From contig JAHFGN010000001.1 in NCBI GenBank assembly GCA_023247415.1, positions 10,062-74,061 on the forward strand: a stretch of 64,000 nucleotides of DNA, written 5' to 3'. The notes under the pieces are model-generated. The model was not told where the DNA came from. It saw nothing but the letters and a program-made list of their open reading frames with translations, and did no database searches. Positions 53,105-61,821 of this stretch are shown here, in pieces. How positions within the stretch are numbered: the first letter of the stretch is position 1; the number at the start of each line of letters is the position of its first letter. The translations under genes and the position numbers were made by a program. Origin of the DNA: Candidatus Omnitrophota bacterium. Its GTDB lineage: Bacteria; Omnitrophota; Gorgyraeia; 2-01-FULL-45-10; JAHFGN01.

Positions 53105-53153
53105 GGGACACCCTACCATGATTAGCAATTGGTCTAAAGACGTAGAGTGTCCC
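53105..53153. repeat. Hairpin repeat 'gggacaccctac...gtagagtgtccc' (ilvC-leuA intergenic)
   Basis: It has the same stem sequence as the 49848 copy. Confidence 0.6.
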
Positions 53154-53170
53154 GCTCACGGGTTGCACTT

Positions 53171-54676
53171 ATGAATAAAATAATTATATTCGACACTACA
53201 CTGCGCGATGGGGAGCAGTCGCCGGGGGCGAGCCTCAATAAGATGGAGAAACTCGAGATAGCGAAGCAGCTCGCTGTCCTCGGCGTAGACGTCATTGAGG
53301 CGGGGTTTCCGATAGCCAGCGCGGGAGACTTTCAGGCCGTTAAGAAAACGGCTGAAGAGGTTAAAGGGCCCATCATATGCGGGCTTGCCAGGGCGCTGAA
53401 AAAGGATATCGACGCCGCGTGCATGGCCGTTAAATATTCCAGGCGGCCGCGCATACATGTATTCCTGGCGACCTCGAAGATACATATGAAATATAAGCTG
53501 AAGAAAGCCGAAGACGAAATACTAAGGACAGCGGTGTGGGCCGTGAAATACGCGAGGGATAAGGTTGGCGATGTGGAATTTTCGCCTGAGGATGCTTCGA
53601 GGACTGAGAAAGATTTCCTGTATAGGGTGGTAGAATCTGTCATAGATGCCGGCGCCAGAACGGTGAATATCCCCGATACTGTCGGCTACGCCGCGCCATT
53701 CGAATTCGGAGAGTTGATAAAAGGGATAAAAGAGTCTGTCCCGAATATCGATAAAGCGGTAATAAGCGTACACTGCCATAATGACCTGGGCCTGGCGGTC
53801 TCAAATTCGCTCGCGGCTGTTTTGAACGGCGCGGGCCAGATTGAATGCACCATGAACGGTCTCGGCGAGCGGGCAGGCAACGCCTCTTTAGAAGAGGTGG
53901 TTATGGCCATCAAGACGCGGCGCGACATATTCTCCGGGATGTCCACTTCTATCAACGCGAAAGAGCTCTACAGGACAAGCCGGCTTGTCTCGAAATTGAC
54001 CGGCATGCCGGTCCAGCCGAATAAGGCGATTGTGGGAATAAACGCCTTTTCGCACGAGTCAGGCATACACCAGGACGGCGTCTTAAAGAAGCGCGTCACC
54101 TACGAAATCATAGACCCGTCCGATGTGGGTTTCGGCGATACCAGGATTGTTCTGGGAAAACACTCCGGAAGGCACGCGTTCAGGGAGCGGCTTAAAAAAC
54201 TTGGATTTGAGTTGAATGACCGCGAGCTGGAGAAGGCCTTTCGGCAGTTCAAGTCCCTGGCAGACAAGAAGAAGGCGATATTCGACGAAGACATCGAGGC
54301 GATAGCCGAAGACCAGATAAGGGCGGTCCCTGAAGTCTATCATCTTCAGCGTTTCTATGTGGCCTCCGGCAGTCAGGTCAAACCGCAGGCGGAAGTCGCG
54401 CTGGGGTTCAGGAAGAAAATTTTGAACGCCTCTTCTGGCGGCGATGGGCCGGTTGACGCGTGTTATAAGGCAATAGACAAGATAACCGGGATGAAAGGCA
54501 GGCTCGTGGATTATCAGCTCCACTCCATAACAGGCGGCAAGGACGCGCTTGGCGAGGTGACAGTCAAGGTTGAATCGGGTGGGAAGGTTGTCAGCGGCCG
54601 CGGTTCTTCTACCGATATAATAGAGGCGAGCGTCAAGGCGTACCTCAACGCCATGAATAAGCTCGCGAAGAGGTAA
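53171..54676 (+). CDS. leuA: 2-isopropylmalate synthase
   Basis: 'IIFDTTLRDGEQSPGASL' and 'HCHNDLGLAV'. The ATG at 53171 is preferred over the ORF-track start at 53147. Confidence 0.9.
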   Translation: MNKIIIFDTTLRDGEQSPGASLNKMEKLEIAKQLAVLGVDVIEAGFPIASAGDFQAVKKTAEEVKGPIICGLARALKKDIDAACMAVKYSRRPRIHVFLATSKIHMKYKLKKAEDEILRTAVWAVKYARDKVGDVEFSPEDASRTEKDFLYRVVESVIDAGARTVNIPDTVGYAAPFEFGELIKGIKESVPNIDKAVISVHCHNDLGLAVSNSLAAVLNGAGQIECTMNGLGERAGNASLEEVVMAIKTRRDIFSGMSTSINAKELYRTSRLVSKLTGMPVQPNKAIVGINAFSHESGIHQDGVLKKRVTYEIIDPSDVGFGDTRIVLGKHSGRHAFRERLKKLGFELNDRELEKAFRQFKSLADKKKAIFDEDIEAIAEDQIRAVPEVYHLQRFYVASGSQVKPQAEVALGFRKKILNASSGGDGPVDACYKAIDKITGMKGRLVDYQLHSITGGKDALGEVTVKVESGGKVVSGRGSSTDIIEASVKAYLNAMNKLAKR

Positions 54677-54691
54677 AATTGGGAAAATGGG

Positions 54692-54751
54692 GACAGGCTA
54701 CTTTTTCCATATACCATAATATCCAGAAAAAGTAGCCTGTTTCTATTTTTT
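54692..54751 (+). terminator. Rho-independent terminator after leuA sharing stem 'aggctactttttc' with the 9343 terminator
   Basis: 'gacaggctactttttc...gaaaaagtagcctgt' is followed by 'ttctatttttt'. Confidence 0.65.
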
Positions 54752-54754
54752 ATT

Positions 54755-55597
54755 ATGAAAAAGATATACGGCATAATCGGCCATCCTATTGGCCACACCC
54801 TGTCGCCCGCGATGCACAATGCGGCGTTCGCGCATCTTAAGATAAACGCCGAATACAGGATATTCGATGTTGAGCCGAAAGGCCTGGTAGAATTTTTGTC
54901 TACGCTGGCGGCAGGGGGCATCTCCGGCATAAACGTTACAATACCTCATAAGATCGAGGCGTGGCGTTACATCGAGAAGAACGGCTCTCTTGACAAAGAG
55001 GCGGCGAAGCTTGGCGCGGTCAACACAATCAACGTAGAGGGCGGCCGGCTCAAAGGTTATAATACCGACGGCGCGGGATTCTACCGGTCGCTGGTAACAG
55101 ACCTGAAGCTTGAGCCCGAAGGAAAGACCGTCTTTGTCTTGGGCGCGGGCGGGGCCGCCACGGCGATTGTGATGTATCTTGGCGTGGGACCTGGGAGGAT
55201 ATTTGTTATGGACGAAGATGTCTCGAAGGCCGGGGAGTTGGCAGACCGTTACAAGAAATATTTTAACAGCGATAAGCTGCGCGTATGCGAAAAAAAGACT
55301 TCGGCGGCCGTCTTGAACGAGTCAGACTTATTCATAAACGCCACTCCTATTGGCATGAAAGACGGTGATCCTTCTCCTGTGGATGTCAAGGCGCTGCGGC
55401 CCGGATTGTATGTGTATGATTTAGTCTACAACAGATCTAAGACAGCGCTTGTGAAGGAGGCGAACGCCAAAAAACTTCACGCTGTGACGGGCATGGGTAT
55501 GTTGCTGTGTCAGGGCGCTATCGCTTTTGAGATATGGACGGGTGGGAAGGCGCCAATTCAAGTTATGAAGAAAGCGCTTCTGGACAATTTACGATGA
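54755..55597 (+). CDS. aroE: Shikimate dehydrogenase
   Basis: 'IYGIIGHPIGHTLSPAMHNAAF'. Confidence 0.85.
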   Translation: MKKIYGIIGHPIGHTLSPAMHNAAFAHLKINAEYRIFDVEPKGLVEFLSTLAAGGISGINVTIPHKIEAWRYIEKNGSLDKEAAKLGAVNTINVEGGRLKGYNTDGAGFYRSLVTDLKLEPEGKTVFVLGAGGAATAIVMYLGVGPGRIFVMDEDVSKAGELADRYKKYFNSDKLRVCEKKTSAAVLNESDLFINATPIGMKDGDPSPVDVKALRPGLYVYDLVYNRSKTALVKEANAKKLHAVTGMGMLLCQGAIAFEIWTGGKAPIQVMKKALLDNLR

Positions 55598-56343
55598 CAA
55601 AATTCATAGTATTTATTGCAGGCTCCATCGTAGGAAGTTTCCTGAATGTATGCATCCATCGGCTGCCAAGGGGCGAATCCATAATAAGGCCGTCGTCGCG
55701 CTGTCCTGGTTGCGGCAAGGCCATACCCTGGTATGACAATATACCTATTTTTAGTTTTTTGCTGCTCGGCGCCAGGTGCAGGTTCTGCAAGACGAGAATC
55801 CGCATCAGGTATTTTATAGTTGAGGTCCTGACAGCGGCTCTTTTTCTGATTTTGTATCTGTATTTTGGACTTTCAGCGAAGTTTTTTGCTAATCTCGTCT
55901 TTGCGTCGCTCTTAATAATCGCGACGTTTGCGGACTTTGAACATCAGGAGATACCCGATCAGGTCTCTATCGGCGGGATTTGCGCCGGCGTTATGTCAAG
56001 CCTTTTCACAGGCCTGACATTTTTAGGTTCATTGATCGGGGCGCTCACCGGAGGAGCCATCATATATCTGGCCGGAGTTTTAGGCAAGGCGGCCTTCAAG
56101 AAAGAGGCGATGGGCGGCGGCGATGTGAAGCTCATGGCGATGATAGGCGCGTTTTTAGGATGGAAGCTCGTCATCTTGACATTTTTCATCGCCCCTTTCT
56201 TCGGCGCGATAGTCGGGATAACATTGAAGATCAGGACAGGCCAAGAGGTGATTCCGTACGGTCCGTATCTTTCGCTTGGCGCGTTAATAGCGCTCTTCTT
56301 CGGAGACGCGGTATTGCGATTGTTATTTTCAGGATTGTTATAA
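55594..56343 (+). CDS. pilD: Prepilin (type IV pilin leader) peptidase, A24 family
   Basis: Zn-finger 'CPGCGKAIPWYDNIPIFSFLLLGARCRFCKTRI' and 'GGGDVKLMAMIGAFLGW'. The ATG overlaps the aroE stop (ATGA). Confidence 0.8.
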   Translation: MTKFIVFIAGSIVGSFLNVCIHRLPRGESIIRPSSRCPGCGKAIPWYDNIPIFSFLLLGARCRFCKTRIRIRYFIVEVLTAALFLILYLYFGLSAKFFANLVFASLLIIATFADFEHQEIPDQVSIGGICAGVMSSLFTGLTFLGSLIGALTGGAIIYLAGVLGKAAFKKEAMGGGDVKLMAMIGAFLGWKLVILTFFIAPFFGAIVGITLKIRTGQEVIPYGPYLSLGALIALFFGDAVLRLLFSGLL

Positions 56344-56358
56344 ACATGGGAGGCTGCA

Positions 56359-57405
56359 ATGCTGAGATATATGACAGGCGGTGAATCGCATGGAAAGTGT
56401 CTGGTCGCCATACTGGATGGCATGCCCGCTGGTTTGAAATTGGAGAAGCGGGCTATAGATAAGGAGTTGGCCAGGCGCAAGATAGGTTTTGGAAGAGGCA
56501 GGAGGATGGCGATAGAGAAGGACTCTGTCGAGATTCTCTCAGGCGCCAGGCATTCCTATACTATTGGGAGCCCGATAACACTGTTGATAAAGAATGTAGA
56601 CTGTTCTGGCGACAGGCTCGGCGTCATTCTGGAACCGAGACCGGCCCATGCGGATCTATCAGGCGCCCTGAAGTACGACCATCACGACATCAGGAATGTG
56701 CTTGAGCGCGCGAGCGCCCGCGACACAGCCTCAAGGGTTGCTGTCGGCGCAATCGCGAAGACCCTGCTCGGGGAATTTGGGATTGGAGTAACAAGCCGCG
56801 TTATTATGATCGGCGGCATCAAGGCGAAGGCGCTTATGGAGCGCGAGATAGCGGATGCCGCCAGGTCAGGCGACACGCTCGGAGGAATATTCGAGGTTGT
56901 CGCAAAAGGCGTTCCCGCGGGACTTGGAAGCTACTCCCAGTGGGACAGGCGGCTGGACGGCATTCTGGCGAAGGCCGTTATGTCCATTCAGGCTGTTAAG
57001 GGTGTGAGCTTTGGGATCGGGTTTCTCTATGCCTCCAAGAGAGGATCAGCTGTCCATGATGAGATATTCTACGACAGAAAGAAAGGTTTCTACAGAAAGA
57101 CGAATTCAGCCGGAGGCATAGAAGGCGGCATGTCAAATGGCGAAGAAATTGTAATACGCGCTGTGATGAAGCCTATCGCGACGCTTAAGAAGCCGCTTGC
57201 GAGCGTCAACATAAATACCAAAAAGGCCGTGAAGGCGGCTGTTGAGCGGTCCGATACTTGCGCTGTCCCGGCCTGCGGCATTGTGGCTGAAGGCGTGGTC
57301 GCGCTTGAGCTGGCCAGCGCGTTTCTTGAGAAATTCGGCGGCGATTCTATCCGCGAGGTCAGGCGAAATTACGACGGATATATAAAGCAGGTCAAGGCTT
57401 TCTAA
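56359..57405 (+). CDS. aroC: Chorismate synthase
   Basis: 'MLRYMTGGESHGKCLVAILDGMPAGL'. Confidence 0.9.
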   Translation: MLRYMTGGESHGKCLVAILDGMPAGLKLEKRAIDKELARRKIGFGRGRRMAIEKDSVEILSGARHSYTIGSPITLLIKNVDCSGDRLGVILEPRPAHADLSGALKYDHHDIRNVLERASARDTASRVAVGAIAKTLLGEFGIGVTSRVIMIGGIKAKALMEREIADAARSGDTLGGIFEVVAKGVPAGLGSYSQWDRRLDGILAKAVMSIQAVKGVSFGIGFLYASKRGSAVHDEIFYDRKKGFYRKTNSAGGIEGGMSNGEEIVIRAVMKPIATLKKPLASVNINTKKAVKAAVERSDTCAVPACGIVAEGVVALELASAFLEKFGGDSIREVRRNYDGYIKQVKAF

Positions 57406-57915
57406 ATGAAAAACATCGTCCTCGTCGGATTTATGGGGACAGGCAAGACGGCTGTCGCGAAGGCGCTTTCGAAGGCCCTCAAGTTTAAATATGTCTCTAC
57501 CGATGAGCTTATTGAAGCGCGGGAGGGCATGCCGATAAGCGACATATTCGCGAAGAAAGGCGAGCCGTATTTTAGGGATATTGAAACGCAGGTTGCGAAA
57601 GAAGCCTCTGCCATGTCCGACGTTGTCATCGATGCAGGCGGCGGGATAGTTATAAGAGACGAGAATGTCGCGGCGCTTAAGAAAAACGGGATACTCGTCT
57701 GTCTTACGGCGAGCCCGGACAGTATATTGGCGAGGACAAGGCGGCTGAAGACCAGGCCTCTCCTGAATGTGAAAGATCCAAAGGCGAAAATAGAGGAACT
57801 GCTGAAGGCGCGCGCATCGTTTTACGCAAAAGCGGATTATCAGATTGACACAAGCAAACTGTCAGTTTCTGACGTTGCGGCTGAGATTATTAGGAAAAGA
57901 CACTGTCCAGCTTGA
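57406..57915 (+). CDS. aroK: Shikimate kinase
   Basis: P-loop 'LVGFMGTGKTAVAKAL'. The last few codons are encoded by a repeated 60-bp intergenic element. Confidence 0.85.
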   Translation: MKNIVLVGFMGTGKTAVAKALSKALKFKYVSTDELIEAREGMPISDIFAKKGEPYFRDIETQVAKEASAMSDVVIDAGGGIVIRDENVAALKKNGILVCLTASPDSILARTRRLKTRPLLNVKDPKAKIEELLKARASFYAKADYQIDTSKLSVSDVAAEIIRKRHCPA

Positions 57916-57955
57916 GGTGGAGACACTGTCCCGATTGGATTGGAAAGCGTCTCTA
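57895..57955 (+). repeat. Conserved ~60-bp intergenic element copy B
   Basis: 'aaaagacactgtccagcttgaggtggagacactgtcccgattggattggaaagcgtctctaa' lies between aroK and dprA. Confidence 0.6.
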
Positions 57956-57959
57956 ATAC

Positions 57960-58877
57960 ATGATGATTCGAAAAGTTACTGTAAATGACAGAGAATACCC
58001 GGAGAATTTGAAGAATATATACGATCCGCCGAAGGCCTTATATGTGAACGGCGCGCTGGAGGCTGATGATAAGATGGCAGTGGCGCTTGTGGGCTCGAGG
58101 CGGGCATCGATATACGGGTTGGAGGCATGCGAGGACCTGGCGTATGAGCTTGCCTGCCGAGGCGTAACTGTAGTGAGCGGAATGGCGAGGGGCATAGATT
58201 CAGCCGCGCACAGAGGGGCGCTTAAGGCCAACGGCAGGACCATTGCTGTGATGGGCAGCGGGCATAATGAGATATACCCGCCTGAAAATAAAAGATTATA
58301 CGAAGATATCGCAAAGGCCGGCGCTGTTGTGACTGAATTCGAGGATGACGCGCCGCCGCTTCCTGCCAATTTTCCCCGGCGCAACCGCATAATAAGCGGG
58401 CTGGCTTTGGGTGTTGTCGTAGTTGAGGCGGCAAAAAATTCCGGGGCGCTCATAACGGCGAATTTCGCTCTTGAACAGGGCAGGGAGGTATTCGCCGTCC
58501 CCGGGAAGATATCGTCGCATACGAGCGCCGGGGCGAACGAACTTATAAAAGACGGCGCGAGGCTGGTTCAGTCTGTTGACGACATACTCGAGGAGCTGCA
58601 TATGGCTGAAATCAGGCCAGTATCAGGCGAGAATAAAGAAAAGTTGGACGATTCAATCGCGAAGAAGACGAGAGCCTATATCTATAATTCGCTCACCGAA
58701 AAAGAGAGGAAGGTCTACAAGGCGATGTCGGATGATTCGATCACGATAGATGAAGTTTTAGAAAAGACCAGCCTATCGCCTCAAGAGGCCAGGGACGTTT
58801 TGTTAAAACTGGAACTTAAGAAGTTGATCAGGCGTCTACCAGGGGAAAACTACGTTTTGAAAGGAGATTTGAGTTAA
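57960..58877 (+). CDS. dprA: DNA-processing protein DprA (Smf)
   Basis: 'ALVGSRRASIYGLEACEDLAYELACRGVTVVSGMARGIDSAAHRGAL'. Confidence 0.85.
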   Translation: MMIRKVTVNDREYPENLKNIYDPPKALYVNGALEADDKMAVALVGSRRASIYGLEACEDLAYELACRGVTVVSGMARGIDSAAHRGALKANGRTIAVMGSGHNEIYPPENKRLYEDIAKAGAVVTEFEDDAPPLPANFPRRNRIISGLALGVVVVEAAKNSGALITANFALEQGREVFAVPGKISSHTSAGANELIKDGARLVQSVDDILEELHMAEIRPVSGENKEKLDDSIAKKTRAYIYNSLTEKERKVYKAMSDDSITIDEVLEKTSLSPQEARDVLLKLELKKLIRRLPGENYVLKGDLS

Positions 58878-60883
58878 TGGCGAAGAATCTGGTTATAGTT
58901 GAGTCGCCGGCAAAGGCGAAGACGATAAATAAATTTCTCGGGAAGAACTATGAGGTGGTATCGAGCATGGGCCATATCATAGACCTGCCGAAAAATAGGA
59001 TGGGCATAGATGTTGAACATAATTTTAAAGCCGAATATATAGTTATAACCGACAGAAAGAAATATCTCGATGTCCTGAAGAAGGCCTCCAAAGACAAGGC
59101 CGCCATATATCTAGCCCCTGACCCGGACAGGGAGGGAGAGGCGATAGCATGGCACATCAGAGATGCCCTGAAGGACAAGAAGAAGAAATTTTTCAGGGTG
59201 ACATTCGACGAGATAACCCAGGCCGCTGTCCTCGAGGCGTTCAAGCACCCACGCGACATAGATATGAAATTAGTCAACGCCCAGCAGGCAAGGCGCATCT
59301 TAGACAGAATAGTGGGATACAGCTTAAGCCCGCTCCTCTGGAGGAAGGTCAGTCGGGGCTTGAGCGCAGGCAGGGTCCAGTCTGTGGCCGTGCGGCTTGT
59401 GGTAGACCGGGAACGCGAAATACAAAAATTCATCCCGAAAGAGTATTGGGAGGTAATCGCTGACCTGAAACGTCCCCCAGATTCCGCCATCGACAGCTTC
59501 AAGGCCAAGCTTGATAAGTTCGAGGATAAGAAGGCGGAGATAAATACCAAAGAAGAAGTCGACACGATTGTAGAGGAGCTGAAGCGGCAGGACTTCATAG
59601 TAAGTGATATCAAGGAGTTTAAGAAGAAGAAAAACCCGTTTCCGCCGTTTACCACAAGCAAGATGCAGCAGGAGGCGTTCAACAGGCTGCGTTTTCCCGT
59701 CAATAAGACGATGCATGTCGCGCAGACGCTCTACGAAGGGGTTGAACTCGGTAAAGAAGGCGCAGTCGGCCTTATTACCTATATGCGGACAGACTCTGTC
59801 AGGATATCAAAGGACGCCCAGACCGCGGCGAGGACATATATATTGGATAGATACGGCAAAAAATATTACCCCGAAACCCCGAATTTCTATAAATCGAAAA
59901 AGGGGGCTCAGGACGCCCATGAGGCGATCAGGCCGGCCCTGCCGCTCAGGCCGCCTGAAAAGGTCAAGTCCTTCCTGACGCCGGACCAGCTAAAACTCTA
60001 CGAACTCATATGGAACAGGTTCCTCTCCAGCCAGATGGCGCAGGCCCTCTACGCGGTTACAAGCGTGGACATAAAGGCCGGCCGGTTTATCTTCAAGACC
60101 TCGGACACAAAGGTAATCTTTGACGGCTTCATGGCGGTCTATGGGGAAGTGGAACTCGAGGAGGGCGAAAAATCAAAAAACAAAATGCCCGTGTTGAAGG
60201 TTGGCGAGAAACTGAATCTCTTAAGCCTTATCCCGAGCCAGCACTTCACAAAACCGCCTCCGAGATACTCTGACGCGTCGCTGGTAAAGGCATTGGAAGA
60301 GAAAGGGATAGGCCGGCCTTCTACATACGCGCCCATCATACACACGATAATCGCCAGAGATTATTGCATGAGAGAGTCCGGGTATCTGAAACCCACAGAG
60401 CTTGGATTCATAGTGACAGACCTCCTGGTGAAGCATTTCGATAAGGTCATAGACGAAAAGTTCACAGCGAAGATGGAAGATGAGCTCGACGGTATAGAGG
60501 AGGGCGAGATAGATTACCTGGTTGCCTTAAAGAGCTTCTACAGCCCGTTCATGCATCTCGTGGAAAAGGCGAAGACCGAGATGAAGAATGTGAAGCGCGA
60601 GGCCGTGGCGACAAATGAATCCTGCGAGTCCTGCGGCAAGCCTATGGTGATAAAGTGGGGCAGACGCGGAAAATTTTTGAGCTGTTCGGATTACCCAAGA
60701 TGCAAAAACGCCAAATCCATAACGACCGGAGTGAAGTGCCCGAATCCAGGATGCGCAGGCGAGCTCATCGCGCGCAGGTCCAGACGCGGTTCGTTCTACG
60801 GTTGTTCCAAATACCCGAACTGCACGTATATAACGAAGAAACTGCCGGAGGATACAACCCCTCACCCTACCCTCTCCCCATGA
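58877..60883 (+). CDS. topA: DNA topoisomerase I with C-terminal zinc ribbons
   Basis: 'MAKNLVIVESPAKAKTINKFLG' (Toprim) and C-terminal 'CESCGKPMVIKW...CSDYPRCKN'. The final 8 codons and the stop lie inside a palindromic repeat. Confidence 0.9.
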   Translation: MAKNLVIVESPAKAKTINKFLGKNYEVVSSMGHIIDLPKNRMGIDVEHNFKAEYIVITDRKKYLDVLKKASKDKAAIYLAPDPDREGEAIAWHIRDALKDKKKKFFRVTFDEITQAAVLEAFKHPRDIDMKLVNAQQARRILDRIVGYSLSPLLWRKVSRGLSAGRVQSVAVRLVVDREREIQKFIPKEYWEVIADLKRPPDSAIDSFKAKLDKFEDKKAEINTKEEVDTIVEELKRQDFIVSDIKEFKKKKNPFPPFTTSKMQQEAFNRLRFPVNKTMHVAQTLYEGVELGKEGAVGLITYMRTDSVRISKDAQTAARTYILDRYGKKYYPETPNFYKSKKGAQDAHEAIRPALPLRPPEKVKSFLTPDQLKLYELIWNRFLSSQMAQALYAVTSVDIKAGRFIFKTSDTKVIFDGFMAVYGEVELEEGEKSKNKMPVLKVGEKLNLLSLIPSQHFTKPPPRYSDASLVKALEEKGIGRPSTYAPIIHTIIARDYCMRESGYLKPTELGFIVTDLLVKHFDKVIDEKFTAKMEDELDGIEEGEIDYLVALKSFYSPFMHLVEKAKTEMKNVKREAVATNESCESCGKPMVIKWGRRGKFLSCSDYPRCKNAKSITTGVKCPNPGCAGELIARRSRRGSFYGCSKYPNCTYITKKLPEDTTPHPTLSP

Positions 60884-60944
60884 CCGTAGGGCAGACTTAA
60901 GTCTGCCCTACGGCTCCCCAAAGGGGAGAGGGAAGGGTGAGGGG
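60857..60944. repeat. PAL-family copy 4 (encodes topA C-terminus, abuts xerC start)
   Basis: 'cccctcaccctaccctctccccatgaccgtagggcagacttaagtctgccctacggctccccaaaggggagagggaagggtgagggg'. Confidence 0.7.
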
Positions 60945-60951
60945 AATAGCT

Positions 60952-61815
60952 ATGCAGCGCTACATTGATAAATTCATAAACTATCTGAAGATCGAGAAGA
61001 ACGCCGCGGACCATACTATTACCAGCTATTCGCGCGATCTGCGGGACTTCCGCTCTTTTTTAGGCGAAGGAGACATAGCCAAGGTTGACCATCTGGCCAT
61101 AAGAAGGTTTCTCGCCCAGGCCCGTTCAAGAAATTTATCCAAGCGCACAATGGCCAGACAACTCTCCGCGTTAAGGACTTTCTTCAGGTTTCTTACAAGA
61201 GAAGGCTATCTGAAGGCCAATCCCATAGCGGCTGTCTCGACGCCGAAGCTCGATAAATACCTGCCGGTATTTCTGGATGTCAATAAAATCCTTAGGCTTC
61301 TCGGCTCGCCCGCGGCTGACAGCGAGGAAGGCTTAAGGGACAGGGCGATATTGGAGACATTGTATTCCACCGGGATAAGGGTGAGCGAGCTTGTGGGGTT
61401 GGATTACGGCAGTGTGGATTTTATAAGCGGCGTTGTGAAGGTGCGCGGCAAGGGTAGAAAGGAGAGGATGGTGCCCATAGGCGACTCCGCCATCTCCGCT
61501 ATACGACAATATCTCGACGCCAGAATAAAAAAAGACGAGGACGCGGTCTTCCTGAACAGATTCGGCTCGAGGCTTACCGACAGAGGCATAAGGCGCCTGC
61601 TGGACAAATATATCAAAAAATGCAGTATAGACCAGAAGGTATCGCCGCATTCTCTAAGGCACTCCTTCGCGACCCATCTATTGGATCGGGGGGCGGATTT
61701 GAGGAGCGTCCAGGAACTCCTCGGCCACGTCAACCTTTCCACGACCCAGATCTACACGCACGTCACCGCGGACCGGCTTAAATCGGTTTACGACAAGGCG
61801 CATCCACGGGCGTAA
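60952..61815 (+). CDS. xerC: Tyrosine site-specific recombinase, XerC/XerD type
   Basis: 'HSLRHSFATHLLDRGADLRSVQELLGHVNLSTTQIYTHV'. The ORF-track start at 60937 lies inside the repeat, so ATG 60952 is preferred. Confidence 0.8.
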   Translation: MQRYIDKFINYLKIEKNAADHTITSYSRDLRDFRSFLGEGDIAKVDHLAIRRFLAQARSRNLSKRTMARQLSALRTFFRFLTREGYLKANPIAAVSTPKLDKYLPVFLDVNKILRLLGSPAADSEEGLRDRAILETLYSTGIRVSELVGLDYGSVDFISGVVKVRGKGRKERMVPIGDSAISAIRQYLDARIKKDEDAVFLNRFGSRLTDRGIRRLLDKYIKKCSIDQKVSPHSLRHSFATHLLDRGADLRSVQELLGHVNLSTTQIYTHVTADRLKSVYDKAHPRA

Positions 61816-61821
61816 CTCAAA

